Shown: positions 48,976 through 60,600 of the stretch, piece by piece
Layout of the letters: each line of letters starts with the position of its first letter
Position numbering within the stretch: position 1 is the first letter of the stretch
NCBI GenBank assembly: GCA_036337435.1
Contig: JAYZEG010000008.1
Coordinates: 1-64,000 of the forward strand
Source: Myxococcota bacterium
Lineage (GTDB): Bacteria; Myxococcota_A; Bradymonadia; UBA7976; UBA1532
DNA length: 64,000 nucleotides
Reading direction: 5' to 3'
Position numbers and translations under genes: made by a program
The notes under the pieces: model-generated
Database searches by the model: none
What the model was told of the DNA's origin: nothing
Seen by the model: the letters and a program-made list of their open reading frames with translations, nothing else

Positions 48976-51900
48976 TTACGGCAGACCCTGCGCGGCTCTA
49001 AAGCATTCTTCGAAGGCATCGAAATTACACTCTCCAGCGGCCAGTCGCTCAGTAATACAGGCTCTGAGTGCCGCATTCACCTCCGGCTCTTGGACGTCGG
49101 ACTCTTCGCATCCATTGATGCATTGTTCGAGTCCTCCAATGGCTCCACCGATACCGCAGTCAACCAATTGCGGACAAATCTCTCGACACGTCAAAACGCC
49201 AGCAACGAAACCAGGTTCAAAACACTGCAAACCTTGTTCTGCGCAAGCCGCCTGTTCCATCGCGTCATCCCCGAGCAGTGCCGTCAAGCAATTGCTCACT
49301 TGCAAAGTGTAAGTCGGTCGGGCATTTGGCTGTCGCCGATTTGCGTTGCATTGCGTCCGGCATGCATCGAGGTCGACAAATCCATCGCCGCCACAGTTCA
49401 AGTACTGGTTACACGGCGCATCGCAGCCATTCCCAAGCACAGCCTGCTCACACTCGCTGAGAGCCGTGCACGATATGGCATCACGGCAGGCCAGGAGCTG
49501 ACCTTGAGCCCCGTCGACCGAAACGCGAAGGGCCGAAATGCATCGGTCAATGCAGGACCGCGTATTTAGGTCCAACTCCAGTCCACAATTTGCCTCCGCA
49601 TCACAAAGTCGACGACAAACACCACTTGAATCAGCCTCGGGCACTCGTTGGATTCCATCACCACATCGGTCTAAGACCCGAAATAAATCAGCAGGACATG
49701 GATTTAAATTCGAGGCCACACAATCGAGAAAACCCGGCTGGTCGCGTCCAACGTCAAGTAACAGGTCGCATGGAAGCCGCCCGTCGGGTTCGCACACGGC
49801 CAACTGCTGGCAAAAGTCGGCTTCATTGATCGGACCGGGAGCCTCAGGCAGACCGGTTTCCAGACACGCCTGCACATCGCCACATGCAGCCCCGTCAGCC
49901 ACAACACACTCATACTGCTCGATGGCGCGAATTTTACTCAGCTGGTCGACAGAGCAAATCGCACCGCAGCCATTGGCCAGTTCGCAAGATTCAAGAGCTG
50001 TACACCAAGGCTCACAGGGGGGGGCAACCACGTCATTAAGACAGTCACGGGCTCCGCCACAATCCTCTAAATCAGCTTGAGCTAAACAATCTACGCTGGC
50101 TTCAAATCGAAGGCGTTCATCACCTGTGTAGCCTTCACCACAGGCGATTAAACAGGCCCCCAACTCTGCCCCATCTTCGGGTGCGCAGTTGCCCTTGGCA
50201 TAGCAATAACGAAAGCACTCAGAACCAGGATTGGCATCTCTGGAGCAGGCAAGAACACCCTCTGTCCCAGAACAGCTCGGAGCAGCTGCCTGACAAGCGA
50301 AATACGCCGCCCTACTTCGTGCATCCTCGAAATGCTCATCATCACACGATGCAACGCAATTTGGATCGCCAACTCCGCATGTCTCCAAACGCTCGCACGC
50401 GTACTGGCAGGGTAAGGGCGTGTTTGGTATGCAATCCGCCATGATGCCGCACTCATTAGCTGCCTCGATTACACACAGTCGACTTGCTCGATATCGGGCA
50501 CGGTAAAAACCCGCGTCGCAGGCTGCCAAACAGTCGTCAGACGCAAGGTCACAGCCGGCCAATCCGTCGCAGTAATCCTCACAAGCACCCTCCGGGCTAT
50601 TAACTCTCAAACACCCGCCGAGTGCATCGCAGCTCAGGGAAAGACGACATGTAAGAAGACCTTGGAGACGCTGCTGAGCTTCGTCGGACCCGCCGGCCAA
50701 CGTCTCGATGCAATCGGCCGTACAACTCCTGATGGTCTGTTCCTCTTGAAGCTGTCCACATTGCCCCAAACCAAAACAATATCGACGGCATTCTATCGCA
50801 GCCGACGCACCCTCTGCTGGTTCAAGATTACCAGGCTCATCAAAGCCGGGTGCGCACACTTGAAATGCCTCAAACGCCTGGGCTGGGCAACGGGACAATT
50901 GTTCAGCGACACATGGCCTTAATTGAGGTGGCATGCCGTTGATATTGTCTTCGCATTCACCAAATTCGGGGCCATATCCACAGCCGCGCCAAATCTGACA
51001 AATCCGTTCCTCAGTGATTTCGCCAATCACGGGTTGCAAGTCGCCGATGCACTGCTCAAGGCCATTGCAGTCCAGCGCATCCTCGAAACAATCCAATTGC
51101 TCGAAGGTGCGAATCTGCGCCAGCGGATCCACGGGGCAGCTTGCTGCACATTGGGCCGGTGCTCGGTCACACTGGTCCAGCTCACCACACCAGTTTTCAC
51201 AATCTGCGTTGAGATCAGCTGGCACACAGTCGGCCAATTCTTGGCACATGGCGTTCTGCGGCAATGAACTAAGACATGATCTGGATGCAGCCAGACGTAT
51301 GGCATCGGCACCAACCCATCCGTCACCACATGCGAGCAGACAATCAGTCAGTGCCCCAGGTCCACTATCTCCGCATTGGTTAAGTGCGAGGCAATGTCGT
51401 GCACAGTCACGACCGGGTGATGAATCTAGTCGACATCCGGCCCAAGAATGACCACCACCGGAACAAACGGCTGCAGACACCGAACAAGCAATCACCTCCA
51501 AGGTCGAAGAAAAATCCGCATAGAGACCGTCATCACAATCGGCTACGCATTGACCCAGATCGGGTTCACAGGCACTCCCTCGCTCACAGACTCGCTCACA
51601 ATCAAGCTCCACAGGTCGCGCACATTCAGCAATGGCATCACACCCCTCTGCATCACGGACACAGGCGCGATAGGCGATAGCTCGGTCCCGATTAAATCGC
51701 GCATCGCACTGCTCAATACAATCGACGGCTACAGGTCCACATGCCTCAAGTCTCATGCAGTGATCAGCGCAGGCCGATTCGGGTGAATTTTCGAAGAGGC
51801 ATTGGTTTAGCTCTTCACAGCTCGACGCCAAGCCGCAGGGAAAGAGATTGGCCAAACGTGCCGCATCATCCGCTGACCCATTTACTCGCACCGAATTACA

Positions 51901-53019
51901 GTCTCTTACGCAATCTAGGCGGCCTTCGCCTTCGGGTAGAACACCGCAAATGTCACGCGCCTCACACAACTCATTACATCCGGGTCCACGCTGCTGCATC
52001 GGGCCCTCTAAACACTGAAAAAGAACGTCCTCACCGTCGCCACACCCATTGTTACGAATTTCGGTGTAGATGCAGTTCGCAATTGGGTCTTCGTCAATCG
52101 GGCCATCGCCGACAAACTCGTCGAGGGCAAACTCACAGGGGATGACCTGCGCCAAACATTGATTCCAGGCGACACAGAAGTCCCGTTCGTTAAACCGGGC
52201 TGTTTGCACCTGTGTCGGATTCACACATTGATCAATTCGACGACAATCGTCATTTGATATCGAGATACACAGATTGGTCTGATTCCCACGATGAGCACGA
52301 AGCGGGTCGTCTGCCGTGAGCTGGTCGATGCAGTCATAAAAGCAACCGTCTGCGCGCAATACATTGCACTCGACGCCTCGCTCGCAGCGTGTTTCACAGC
52401 CCGGAAAAACGGTGTCTCCAAGACAGCTCTTAAAGCCAGCCGTATTGCAGGCACCTCCAAAGAGCAACTCGCCGCATCCATTGAAGTCTGCGCTCTCCTC
52501 CAAACCGCCACAAATAGACAGGCAGTCGAAGCCTTGAATGCCGCCACACTCATCAACAGCCCCACATGTTTGCGCGCAACTTAGCGGAGTGGGGGCTGGG
52601 AGCCGACAAATCTGAAGTAGGTTGCAGTTTTCTGTGGCCACACATTCAAACCAGTTATCCAAAGAACGCGACTGCGCACTTCGCTCGCACGCAGCGAGGC
52701 AGGTTCCTTCATCCACATATAAATCAGTCCGTCCACACGCGCTGTAACGAAGGCAAGCATCGGCGCACGTCTCGACTGAAATGGGCCCCGCTGAATCAGA
52801 ACGGACATCCGCATCACGGGCACCTAGATCTCTAAATCGTCCGGCATCAAACACCGCATCGGATTCAACATGCCCGTCATCTAGTGCCCCATCGGTCGCG
52901 GACTGGTCCGGTCCCATCTCAATCGAGCCGCTTGGGTCCGAGTTTCGCCCCCCATCCGAAGTGCCGTGATCGCATGCAGAAAAAACCATCGAAAAAATCA
53001 ATAATGCGCTAAGTCGCAT
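48976..53019 (-). CDS. Giant Cys-rich repeat lipoprotein (about 19 disulfide modules)
   Basis: SD GAGGAGG; lipobox FSA-C; recurring C-x3-C-x6-C modules; internal duplication with a 396-aa period. Confidence 0.88.
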   Translation of the reverse strand: MRLSALLIFSMVFSACDHGTSDGGRNSDPSGSIEMGPDQSATDGALDDGHVESDAVFDAGRFRDLGARDADVRSDSAGPISVETCADACLRYSACGRTDLYVDEGTCLAACERSAQSRSLDNWFECVATENCNLLQICRLPAPTPLSCAQTCGAVDECGGIQGFDCLSICGGLEESADFNGCGELLFGGACNTAGFKSCLGDTVFPGCETRCERGVECNVLRADGCFYDCIDQLTADDPLRAHRGNQTNLCISISNDDCRRIDQCVNPTQVQTARFNERDFCVAWNQCLAQVIPCEFALDEFVGDGPIDEDPIANCIYTEIRNNGCGDGEDVLFQCLEGPMQQRGPGCNELCEARDICGVLPEGEGRLDCVRDCNSVRVNGSADDAARLANLFPCGLASSCEELNQCLFENSPESACADHCMRLEACGPVAVDCIEQCDARFNRDRAIAYRACVRDAEGCDAIAECARPVELDCERVCERGSACEPDLGQCVADCDDGLYADFSSTLEVIACSVSAAVCSGGGHSWAGCRLDSSPGRDCARHCLALNQCGDSGPGALTDCLLACGDGWVGADAIRLAASRSCLSSLPQNAMCQELADCVPADLNADCENWCGELDQCDRAPAQCAASCPVDPLAQIRTFEQLDCFEDALDCNGLEQCIGDLQPVIGEITEERICQIWRGCGYGPEFGECEDNINGMPPQLRPCVAEQLSRCPAQAFEAFQVCAPGFDEPGNLEPAEGASAAIECRRYCFGLGQCGQLQEEQTIRSCTADCIETLAGGSDEAQQRLQGLLTCRLSLSCDALGGCLRVNSPEGACEDYCDGLAGCDLASDDCLAACDAGFYRARYRASRLCVIEAANECGIMADCIPNTPLPCQYACERLETCGVGDPNCVASCDDEHFEDARSRAAYFACQAAAPSCSGTEGVLACSRDANPGSECFRYCYAKGNCAPEDGAELGACLIACGEGYTGDERLRFEASVDCLAQADLEDCGGARDCLNDVVAPPCEPWCTALESCELANGCGAICSVDQLSKIRAIEQYECVVADGAACGDVQACLETGLPEAPGPINEADFCQQLAVCEPDGRLPCDLLLDVGRDQPGFLDCVASNLNPCPADLFRVLDRCGDGIQRVPEADSSGVCRRLCDAEANCGLELDLNTRSCIDRCISALRVSVDGAQGQLLACRDAISCTALSECEQAVLGNGCDAPCNQYLNCGGDGFVDLDACRTQCNANRRQPNARPTYTLQVSNCLTALLGDDAMEQAACAEQGLQCFEPGFVAGVLTCREICPQLVDCGIGGAIGGLEQCINGCEESDVQEPEVNAALRACITERLAAGECNFDAFEECFRAAQGLP

Positions 53020-53194
53020 GGATTATCGCCTCCTCATTTTGCCCGCCTATATCACGAAGTCAGAGACAGATGCGAAAGTAATCTAAACACTGTAGACGAC
53101 CCGATGGCCGCCAATCGCCCCATGCAGGTCTCGGTGGTCCAAACACGGTGAACTGCGCTATGCTGGCCACCGAGCACACTTTCGGAGAGCGGAT

Positions 53195-54952
53195 TTGGAG
53201 CTTAATTTGCTACTTTATTTGCAGCGCCTTGGAGATAGAGCAGGCCCGCAATTAACTCACACTACGGTCCAGCATCAATTCGCTGGTGAGGCTCATTCAC
53301 TTGCCTTGCTATCCAATCGTGTTTTGCGACTTATCGCGGCCGTCTTGCTATTTTTTTCCTGTGCATGGTCGATTGCAGAAGGCGAGACTCGGGGTCGAGT
53401 GCCCCCCGCAGCCCCCGAGTTGAATACGATGCCGCCAAAGGCACAAAAGCTCAAGCTGACTTGGTATTTCGAACTTACGCCGCGCTATTTCGTGGGTCGG
53501 AATGACATTAATCAGGGCTTTGTCGACCCACAAACAAACACACTGGATAGACGTCATTTCCTCTCACCGAGTATCGACACGGAATATGGGTCTGTTTATA
53601 TCGCGACGGAACAAACTCTCGCCTACGCCTTGGGGCACCAAACCGGACAGATCAACCTGATGCTCGATACAGGAGAAATTTATCGTCATACAGCCAGTGA
53701 GCTCAATCCGAATACCGAACAAGTGACATCACGGTCCGAATGGCAGACCAATGGCCAATCGCTTGCGGACGAATTCCATTCCACCTACTTCGTGCGCAAA
53801 TTGGCGGTAACACATTCGCTGGACAAAGACCGCCATGTGAGTTTTACAGTCGGAAAAGGGAACCCGATCGTGGGCAATGGACTCGTCTACAATGACTATA
53901 GTCCGCTTGCATCAGTCGCTTTCGATAGTCAGAAAAAATGGGCCCACGGGGTTCGACTCGAGGGCATGATCGTTTCTGTAACCAACGATATACAACCCAC
54001 TGCGACCACCATTAGCCAAGTGCAACTCACATTCAGGACGCCATCCGCCGGCATCTGGCATTTGATGGGTGCCTATTTCAATGACCAAAATCAAAACCTG
54101 GCCAATGTATTCAAACAGTGGCTGACAACAGCAGCTGCGGTGACGGCTCGCTCTCGTTCAGCACTCTATGCAGGGCGTCCTGGCCTTTTCGATCGGACTG
54201 TTGAATTGCGGTCAGCAGGACACGTGAATTGGGTTGGTGGCGGTTATGACCAATCCTGGCCTTCCGGTCACCGACTCTGGTTGAACATCTACCTCAGCAG
54301 GGGGAGTGGAAATGTCACATTGGATGCGACACGCTTCAATCGAATCCTAAGGAGAACATCACGCCGCTTGAATCAGCAACAGGAACTCGACCAGCGTTTC
54401 TTTTCCTTAGACCTCGCCGGGTGGGCATTCCAAGGTGGTGCGGACATTTATCTTGTTCGCGATTGGTATCTATCGCCGTTCTGTGTCGGCATCTCTGGAG
54501 ATGATGGCTTGGACGTCTTCTTGGAGTCCAGTGCAGATTCGAGGGCCAGAAAAACATTTCGGGGATTTCTTGGCGTCGTTCCCTATCTCGACCAAACCAA
54601 CATTTTCTTCAACGGTGGCCTTGGCCATCATTTTTCCAGTCGAACAATGTCTTTGTCCGGGCTTGCTGGCCGGGGTGTACTCGCAGCTGGCTTTTCCGCA
54701 TCGGGGTCACTCTGGAGGGATCTGAGCTATCAAGGTGGACCCGCGTTCCTTCGAGCGATGCACAAGGGGCCTCTAGCCAGCGGAAAGAATTACGGATTGG
54801 AAATAAACCAATCTCTTACCTATTCACTCCGGCCTGAGCTCACTCTGAGTCTACAGTATGACCTTTTACGAACCGGAGATTTTTTCATTGAAAATGCCTG
54901 GAATAGTCAGACCACCGTCCAAATGTCATACGCGCCGACAAATGGCCACTAA
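53195..54952 (+). CDS. Probable outer-membrane beta-barrel protein
   Basis: Alternating beta-strand pattern (e.g. YGLEINQSLTY); signal peptide if started at TTG 53324; start uncertain. Confidence 0.65.
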   Translation: MELNLLLYLQRLGDRAGPQLTHTTVQHQFAGEAHSLALLSNRVLRLIAAVLLFFSCAWSIAEGETRGRVPPAAPELNTMPPKAQKLKLTWYFELTPRYFVGRNDINQGFVDPQTNTLDRRHFLSPSIDTEYGSVYIATEQTLAYALGHQTGQINLMLDTGEIYRHTASELNPNTEQVTSRSEWQTNGQSLADEFHSTYFVRKLAVTHSLDKDRHVSFTVGKGNPIVGNGLVYNDYSPLASVAFDSQKKWAHGVRLEGMIVSVTNDIQPTATTISQVQLTFRTPSAGIWHLMGAYFNDQNQNLANVFKQWLTTAAAVTARSRSALYAGRPGLFDRTVELRSAGHVNWVGGGYDQSWPSGHRLWLNIYLSRGSGNVTLDATRFNRILRRTSRRLNQQQELDQRFFSLDLAGWAFQGGADIYLVRDWYLSPFCVGISGDDGLDVFLESSADSRARKTFRGFLGVVPYLDQTNIFFNGGLGHHFSSRTMSLSGLAGRGVLAAGFSASGSLWRDLSYQGGPAFLRAMHKGPLASGKNYGLEINQSLTYSLRPELTLSLQYDLLRTGDFFIENAWNSQTTVQMSYAPTNGH

Positions 54953-55044
54953 CCTGAGCCGCTCGGCCCACATACGAGACTATCTCTTTCATCGCCCTCG
55001 TCATTCAGTGGGCTTTGAGGCACAATCTGACGGGGAGGTGCAAT

Positions 55045-56187
55045 GTGAGTGGTTCCTTAAACATGTGGCTTCGCATTGGGGTCTATTCAATCAGCCTGGC
55101 CGCAGGTCTCATACAGACCTCGCAGGTTGCCCTTGCGTTTCCCGCGAATGAGACCCCAAAAAACAACCAAACCCATGAACAAACAAAAGAGCTGGATCTC
55201 GAACTGGATGCGTCTCCAAAAACCGGTTTTATTCGGGGATTCAATATTGAAACCACAACCACACAATGGATCTACAAGCCCATCAGCGTCAAAGAGTCGG
55301 ATGAAAACTCCGACTGGAGCCGTGTCTCTACAGAAGAAGAGTACCAAATCGACCCGCTCCACTTTTATGGAGCAACCGCAACCCTAAAGACCCGATTGCT
55401 AGACGTGAATATGAGATACCAATCGAATCGGGGTTTCGGTGTCGATGCTGGTGACTCAAGCTATCTCGACCTGTTATTGGTTCTCACGGGCATCCCACAT
55501 CTACAGCGTGTCTCAATTTTTTATCAGTCGCTCGACTTTAAAAATGGAAAAGCCATTCTCAAAGATCGGAATACTGCTTTTCCCAGGGATGTTGCGGCCT
55601 TCCGAGTGATGCTTGACAGCGTTGAAGGCCGCTACCAGCTGAAGCAGCTCATGCTTTTCGGGCGATATATGAGCTATTCCTTGCCCAGAAACGTCTATCT
55701 CGCCCAACGCCTAGGTGAGGGTGAAAATGCCCAATACATTTACTACCCCATCTCCGAGCGTTTAATGCGCATAGACAATCAGTTCCTCATGTTCGGGGCA
55801 GGAATTGACAATAAGAAGCGTAAAGAAGTGGACGCACTCTTAATTGAGCAGCCAGACCGGCGGTCTTTTATCTTCGGAGGGCTAATGGGCATCGGCGGTG
55901 GTTCGTACGACATCAGTGACTTACGCACTGAAGATGACATTGATGACGGTTATATCATGTCGCTGACCCTCCAGCTGACACTCGGTTATCAACTACGTTT
56001 ATGGGATACACTTGTCGTCGGCATCAAAAACGAACTCTCGATTCTCTTTCTCAAGCCCATCGGTCTGCCTGAGAAGTTGGACCGGGCTGCGGAGCTTGAA
56101 GGAATAGATACGGAAGGCTTATCCCTCGACTTCGGCGTGATTGAATTCTTAAATGGGTTTACCGGTTTTGCTCGATTGGAATTCTAA
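55045..56187 (+). CDS. Hypothetical exported protein, probable outer-membrane beta-barrel
   Basis: SD GGGGAGG before GTG 55045; signal peptide ending ALA; C-terminal ARLEF. Confidence 0.7.
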   Translation: MSGSLNMWLRIGVYSISLAAGLIQTSQVALAFPANETPKNNQTHEQTKELDLELDASPKTGFIRGFNIETTTTQWIYKPISVKESDENSDWSRVSTEEEYQIDPLHFYGATATLKTRLLDVNMRYQSNRGFGVDAGDSSYLDLLLVLTGIPHLQRVSIFYQSLDFKNGKAILKDRNTAFPRDVAAFRVMLDSVEGRYQLKQLMLFGRYMSYSLPRNVYLAQRLGEGENAQYIYYPISERLMRIDNQFLMFGAGIDNKKRKEVDALLIEQPDRRSFIFGGLMGIGGGSYDISDLRTEDDIDDGYIMSLTLQLTLGYQLRLWDTLVVGIKNELSILFLKPIGLPEKLDRAAELEGIDTEGLSLDFGVIEFLNGFTGFARLEF

Positions 56188-56300
56188 GTCGAGTGGCCAC
56201 GTTAAAGCTGCCTGGCGGAACAAAAGTTCAGAGGTTTCGTGCGTTGAGCGCGCCAACACCGTCGACAAAACTTATGTAAACACTTCTATAAAAAGACCTG

Positions 56301-57308
56301 TTATGACCAGACCAGTTCATAGGCCAGGGAGTGCTCGATTTGCGCCGAAAATTTACGAATTGACTTGGCTGCCATCTTCTCACTGAGCTTAACTGGGATT
56401 AAAGAAATCAATCTGGATGCCATCCCCTGCGACTCGCCAATGGGCTTTGCGCCTCCTGGTTCTTGATAGCCAATCTGAGCCTGCTGCCGACCCGCTTTCA
56501 TCAAGAGACCAAATAGATCACGGAAGACAATGAAAGACGTATCATTCAGATGAGTGGACCAATTTGCGACAGGAAGAAAATCAATCAGATGGATCATCTG
56601 ATAATTCAGCTGAATCCAAAAATCCTGAGCTGACATGACTAAGGGCTGATTGTCGATTACACGATGAAAATGAACCGACTGAAGCTCATGCAGACGTTGT
56701 AAGTTGGCCCAAAGGTCCGAACGAATCCCACCATCGTACAACAGCCTGAGTACAGTGGGGAACGCTTCGATATGACGCCACTCAAATTCGTTAACCAACT
56801 CTCGTAAGCGAGGCATTTTCTCGGCGGTCATCGCAAATGTGTTTGTACCGGTTCCCAAGATCGAATGAAGAAGCATAACCAGCGGTGAATGATCAGGAAA
56901 ATAGTGATGTGTGTACTCGTAGCAGAAGTACAAATGGTCCAGAAACGACCCATCGGCATGTTCCACATCGAAGTCACATTCATCCACCATAAAGCGAATC
57001 AATTCCGGCTCGATTTGAGGCAGGTCCACGCCGCGAGAAGACCGTTGATACGCCGATTCAATCGCCTGTCGGTCCTCTGCTCTCCAATGCACCTGTTTCG
57101 CAATTCTAGTTTGCATAACGTAGCGGGGCAACCGGCCCTCGAGAGTGTTAAAAATGGTTCGATTCAGGTCGAAATCTTTTATCGGCACCACAGCGACGGA
57201 GCCGGCATGATCGCGAACTTCGCCGGAGGCAATGGCCGCCTTGCGCTGATACGTATGGATAGGCACCTGGGCTGCTGACTGTTTCACATCATCCCCCAAA
57301 TATTTCAC
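56301..57308 (-). CDS. Hypothetical protein with His-rich DUF6817/HD-like motifs
   Basis: EHADGSFLDHL and LLHSILGTGT. Confidence 0.65.
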   Translation of the reverse strand: MKYLGDDVKQSAAQVPIHTYQRKAAIASGEVRDHAGSVAVVPIKDFDLNRTIFNTLEGRLPRYVMQTRIAKQVHWRAEDRQAIESAYQRSSRGVDLPQIEPELIRFMVDECDFDVEHADGSFLDHLYFCYEYTHHYFPDHSPLVMLLHSILGTGTNTFAMTAEKMPRLRELVNEFEWRHIEAFPTVLRLLYDGGIRSDLWANLQRLHELQSVHFHRVIDNQPLVMSAQDFWIQLNYQMIHLIDFLPVANWSTHLNDTSFIVFRDLFGLLMKAGRQQAQIGYQEPGGAKPIGESQGMASRLISLIPVKLSEKMAAKSIRKFSAQIEHSLAYELVWS

Positions 57309-57606
57309 TCTGGCTGTCGTGTCTTCACAGCTCTTTGCTTAGTATAATCAGTCATTTCATAAAGCTTCAACCCGCATACGGTCTTCCACCATCTCACTCG
57401 CACGGTGAGGCTGTCCAATCAACTGCGGGCGTATGCTGAACAGTGGTCAGTCTCGGCCACAGCTCACAGAGACCCAATGTCTGGGTCGAATCTGAACAAA
57501 GTCACTCAATGAGTGACCGTGGTAATTCGCTAAAAACGCTTGCTCACTTCAATACAATATCCGTATTCTGGTACCCCGGGGGAGTCAAATATACAAAGGT
57601 GGTGTC

Positions 57607-60600
57607 ATGGCTGGTCAGCTCGGCCCATTCATGCTTGAAAAGCCTGTTGGTCAGGGCACGACCGCGTCTGTCTGGCGTGGACATCACCAAGAGACAGGCA
57701 CACCAGTCGCCATAAAAGTCATTCCAATGGCTGCAGAAACTAAGGACAGCGACATTTATCGGTACCGTGCCGAGGTGAGGTCCATCGCCCGCATCGTCCA
57801 CCGCGGTGTCGTACGAATCTACGATGAAGGCGTCGTCACAGGTATCGATACTGTCGGCGAAGCCGACGAAAGTCTAGTCGGCTCCCCCTACATCGTCATG
57901 GAATGGGCAGAAGATGGCACTTTGGCTCAGCATCCACCGCTGAGTCATTGGGGCGATCTAAAACGGATACTATTATCGGTATTAGATGCCCTGGCTGCAG
58001 CCCATGCACGAGGTGTCATACACCGAGACATCAAGCCACAAAATATTTTGCTTTCAGCCGGCCGTGCAATACTCACCGATTTCGGGATTGCCTTTGAGCG
58101 ACATTCACCGATCTCAGATCCGCACCTCAGTCAGGTCATGGGTTCGCCGAACTATATGGCTCCAGAACAGGTTCTTTGCCGCTGGCGCGAATTCGGCCCT
58201 TGGACTGACTTGTATTCTGTCGGATGCGTGGCCTGGTTCCTCACGACTGGACATGCCCCCTTCAAAAGGCAACGAAGTCGAGACGTTTTAGTCGCCCACG
58301 TAAAGGACGACCCCCCTATATTTACGCCCTTCTTCGAGTTGCCCCAAGGCTTCGAAGCCTGGACGCGGCGTTTATTGGCAAAACGACCCACCAATCGCTT
58401 TCGATTTGCAGCGGACGCAGCTGCCGCTTTAGAACGTCTCGAGGATGCCCCGAGTACGACGAAACACCACACGAGTTCGCTTACTGTGGAGCCTGGTAAA
58501 CGGCGAGATGAACGGCTTAGTCGAATGGAGCTGGGGCCATCAATAACAGCACTGTCGTCATTCTCGTCTCCTGCTCCCACATTGACGCCAAAGCTTGCGG
58601 CAGATTGGCGTCGCCCTGAGAACATTGCCTCAGCAAATGACCCTCTCATTGGGATCGGTTTAAGCGTTTTTACGCGAACGGAGGGGGCTTTCGTGGGGCG
58701 AGAAAATGAACGTGACCTGCTGTGGAATAACTTCCACGCTGTAGCAAGAGCAAAGGCCAGCCGTGCCTGCTTTATTTCGGGATCAGCCGGATCTGGGAAA
58801 TCAGCTCTGTCGAGGTGGTTTGTAAGCCGCCTTCATGAGTCTGGTGCCGCTGAAATTTTGCTCTGCCGCCACCAAAATGGGCAAGACAGCCTCGACTCAC
58901 TACGGAAGATGGTCGAGAATTATTTTACGGCCTGGGATTTGGACGAATCAGAGAGACTCCGTCATCTGCGTCAACGATTGAGGCGTTGGGAGTCTACAGA
59001 ACTCGCTGCGGAATTGAACGCCTTTATCGACGCCGGTCAACGGGTCGGGATTGCGAAGCAGACGATCGCACTCGTGTCAGAGAAGGAGCGTTACATGACG
59101 CTTTGCAGGCTGGTACATGCCCTCTCGCGTGAGCGGCCAGTCGTCATTCTAATCGAAGACGCGCAGTGGGGTGAATTCGCCTTAGAATGGGCGAAATATG
59201 CACTCTCGGACCATGCAGACCTGAATGTTCTTTGGCTCTTTACGTGGCGTTCGAATGCTGACCGTGACCATCTCGAGGCGCAAACCAGCAAGTTTGCCAT
59301 TCAGAGCCTAGACGTGTGTGATGACATCGACCTCAAACCACTGGGCGCCAATGAGGCACGCGCGTTGATCCAGGCACGGCTTCAGCTAGACGACACATCT
59401 CTTGATGCCCTTGTGGAACGAGCAGACGGAAACCCCCTCTTCGCGGAACTCTTGGTGGAGCACTGGATACGTGAAGGCCGTCTCGATTGGACGGGTGCTG
59501 GATTTAGGGTAAGTGACCTAACGTCTAGCCGATTGCCTGACAGTGTGCACGAGCTCTGGCAGAAACGACTGAGCTGGACAGGTTTGTTAGATAATTCAAA
59601 TCAACAATGGGCCTTAGAACTCGCGGCCGTTCTCGGTCAGCAATTTTGGCGCAATACCTGGATTTCTGCCTGTCAACTTGCCCAAGTGCCAAGAGCCAAA
59701 AGTGTTTTAGCAACGCTAGAACAAAACGGCCTTTTGAGACGCGAAGAGGATGGGCAATTCTGCTTCGTTCATGCACTCCTCAACGAAAGCATTCTGCGGC
59801 TTGCCCAAGACGGGCAACGACTCCGGCGTTGGCATGCCGCATGCGCGCAAGCCTTAATGGTCGAAACACCAACCATTTGGTATCAAGTCGCACGACATCA
59901 AGCGGGTGCTGAGCGATATGAAGATGCTGTCGCATCGCTGCGTCATGACATCGAGCATAGGCATATGATTGGAGACCTAAAGGGGCGCAGCGAACGTCTG
60001 GTTCAAATGATCAAATACCTCAGATTGGCCCGTGTGCCACGAACCGATTTGCGATGGGCTTACGTTCGGATCAATTGGGGGTCTAACCACGGCTCACTCG
60101 GGGTACAGACATCAGCACTCAGGCATGCGAGGAACGCGCGGCGATACCTCGATCAAGAGTGCGAGGCACACCGCGCATTGTATGCCGAAGCGGCTCTAGG
60201 TGAAGGCCTGGCGGTCAAGTTTGTCTATAACCATAGAACGGCACTCGACTATGTGGTCCATGCTCGTGACGCCGCCGTTCGCTCCGAGGACCGTGCTCTC
60301 GAATTCGAGTCGAGACGACTGCATTCGTCCCTATTACGAGAACTCGGCGAATTAGCACTGTCGGCTGAGGAGTTCATTCATATTCAAGCGTTAATGAAGG
60401 GCGACTGGCTACAGAGGCTGCCGACACATAAGCGCCAATACGTTGAAATTAACTTCCACCTTGAAAGCACGAAGCAGGCTTGGTTGTCGGGAGAGCATGA
60501 GCAAGCACTTCACTATGCACGAGAAGCAGAGACTCTAGCACTCAGGTCGGGTGCTCGTTCGCGCTCTGGTCTTGCGCTGAATTTCGCGGGGCGTGTTCTG

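Noticed and set aside
48877..52969. Numerous plus-strand ORFs opposite the Cys-rich gene (likewise 18139..18804, 20490..21044, 27553..28107)
   Set aside because: Antisense shadow ORFs of well-supported genes, with no motifs of their own.
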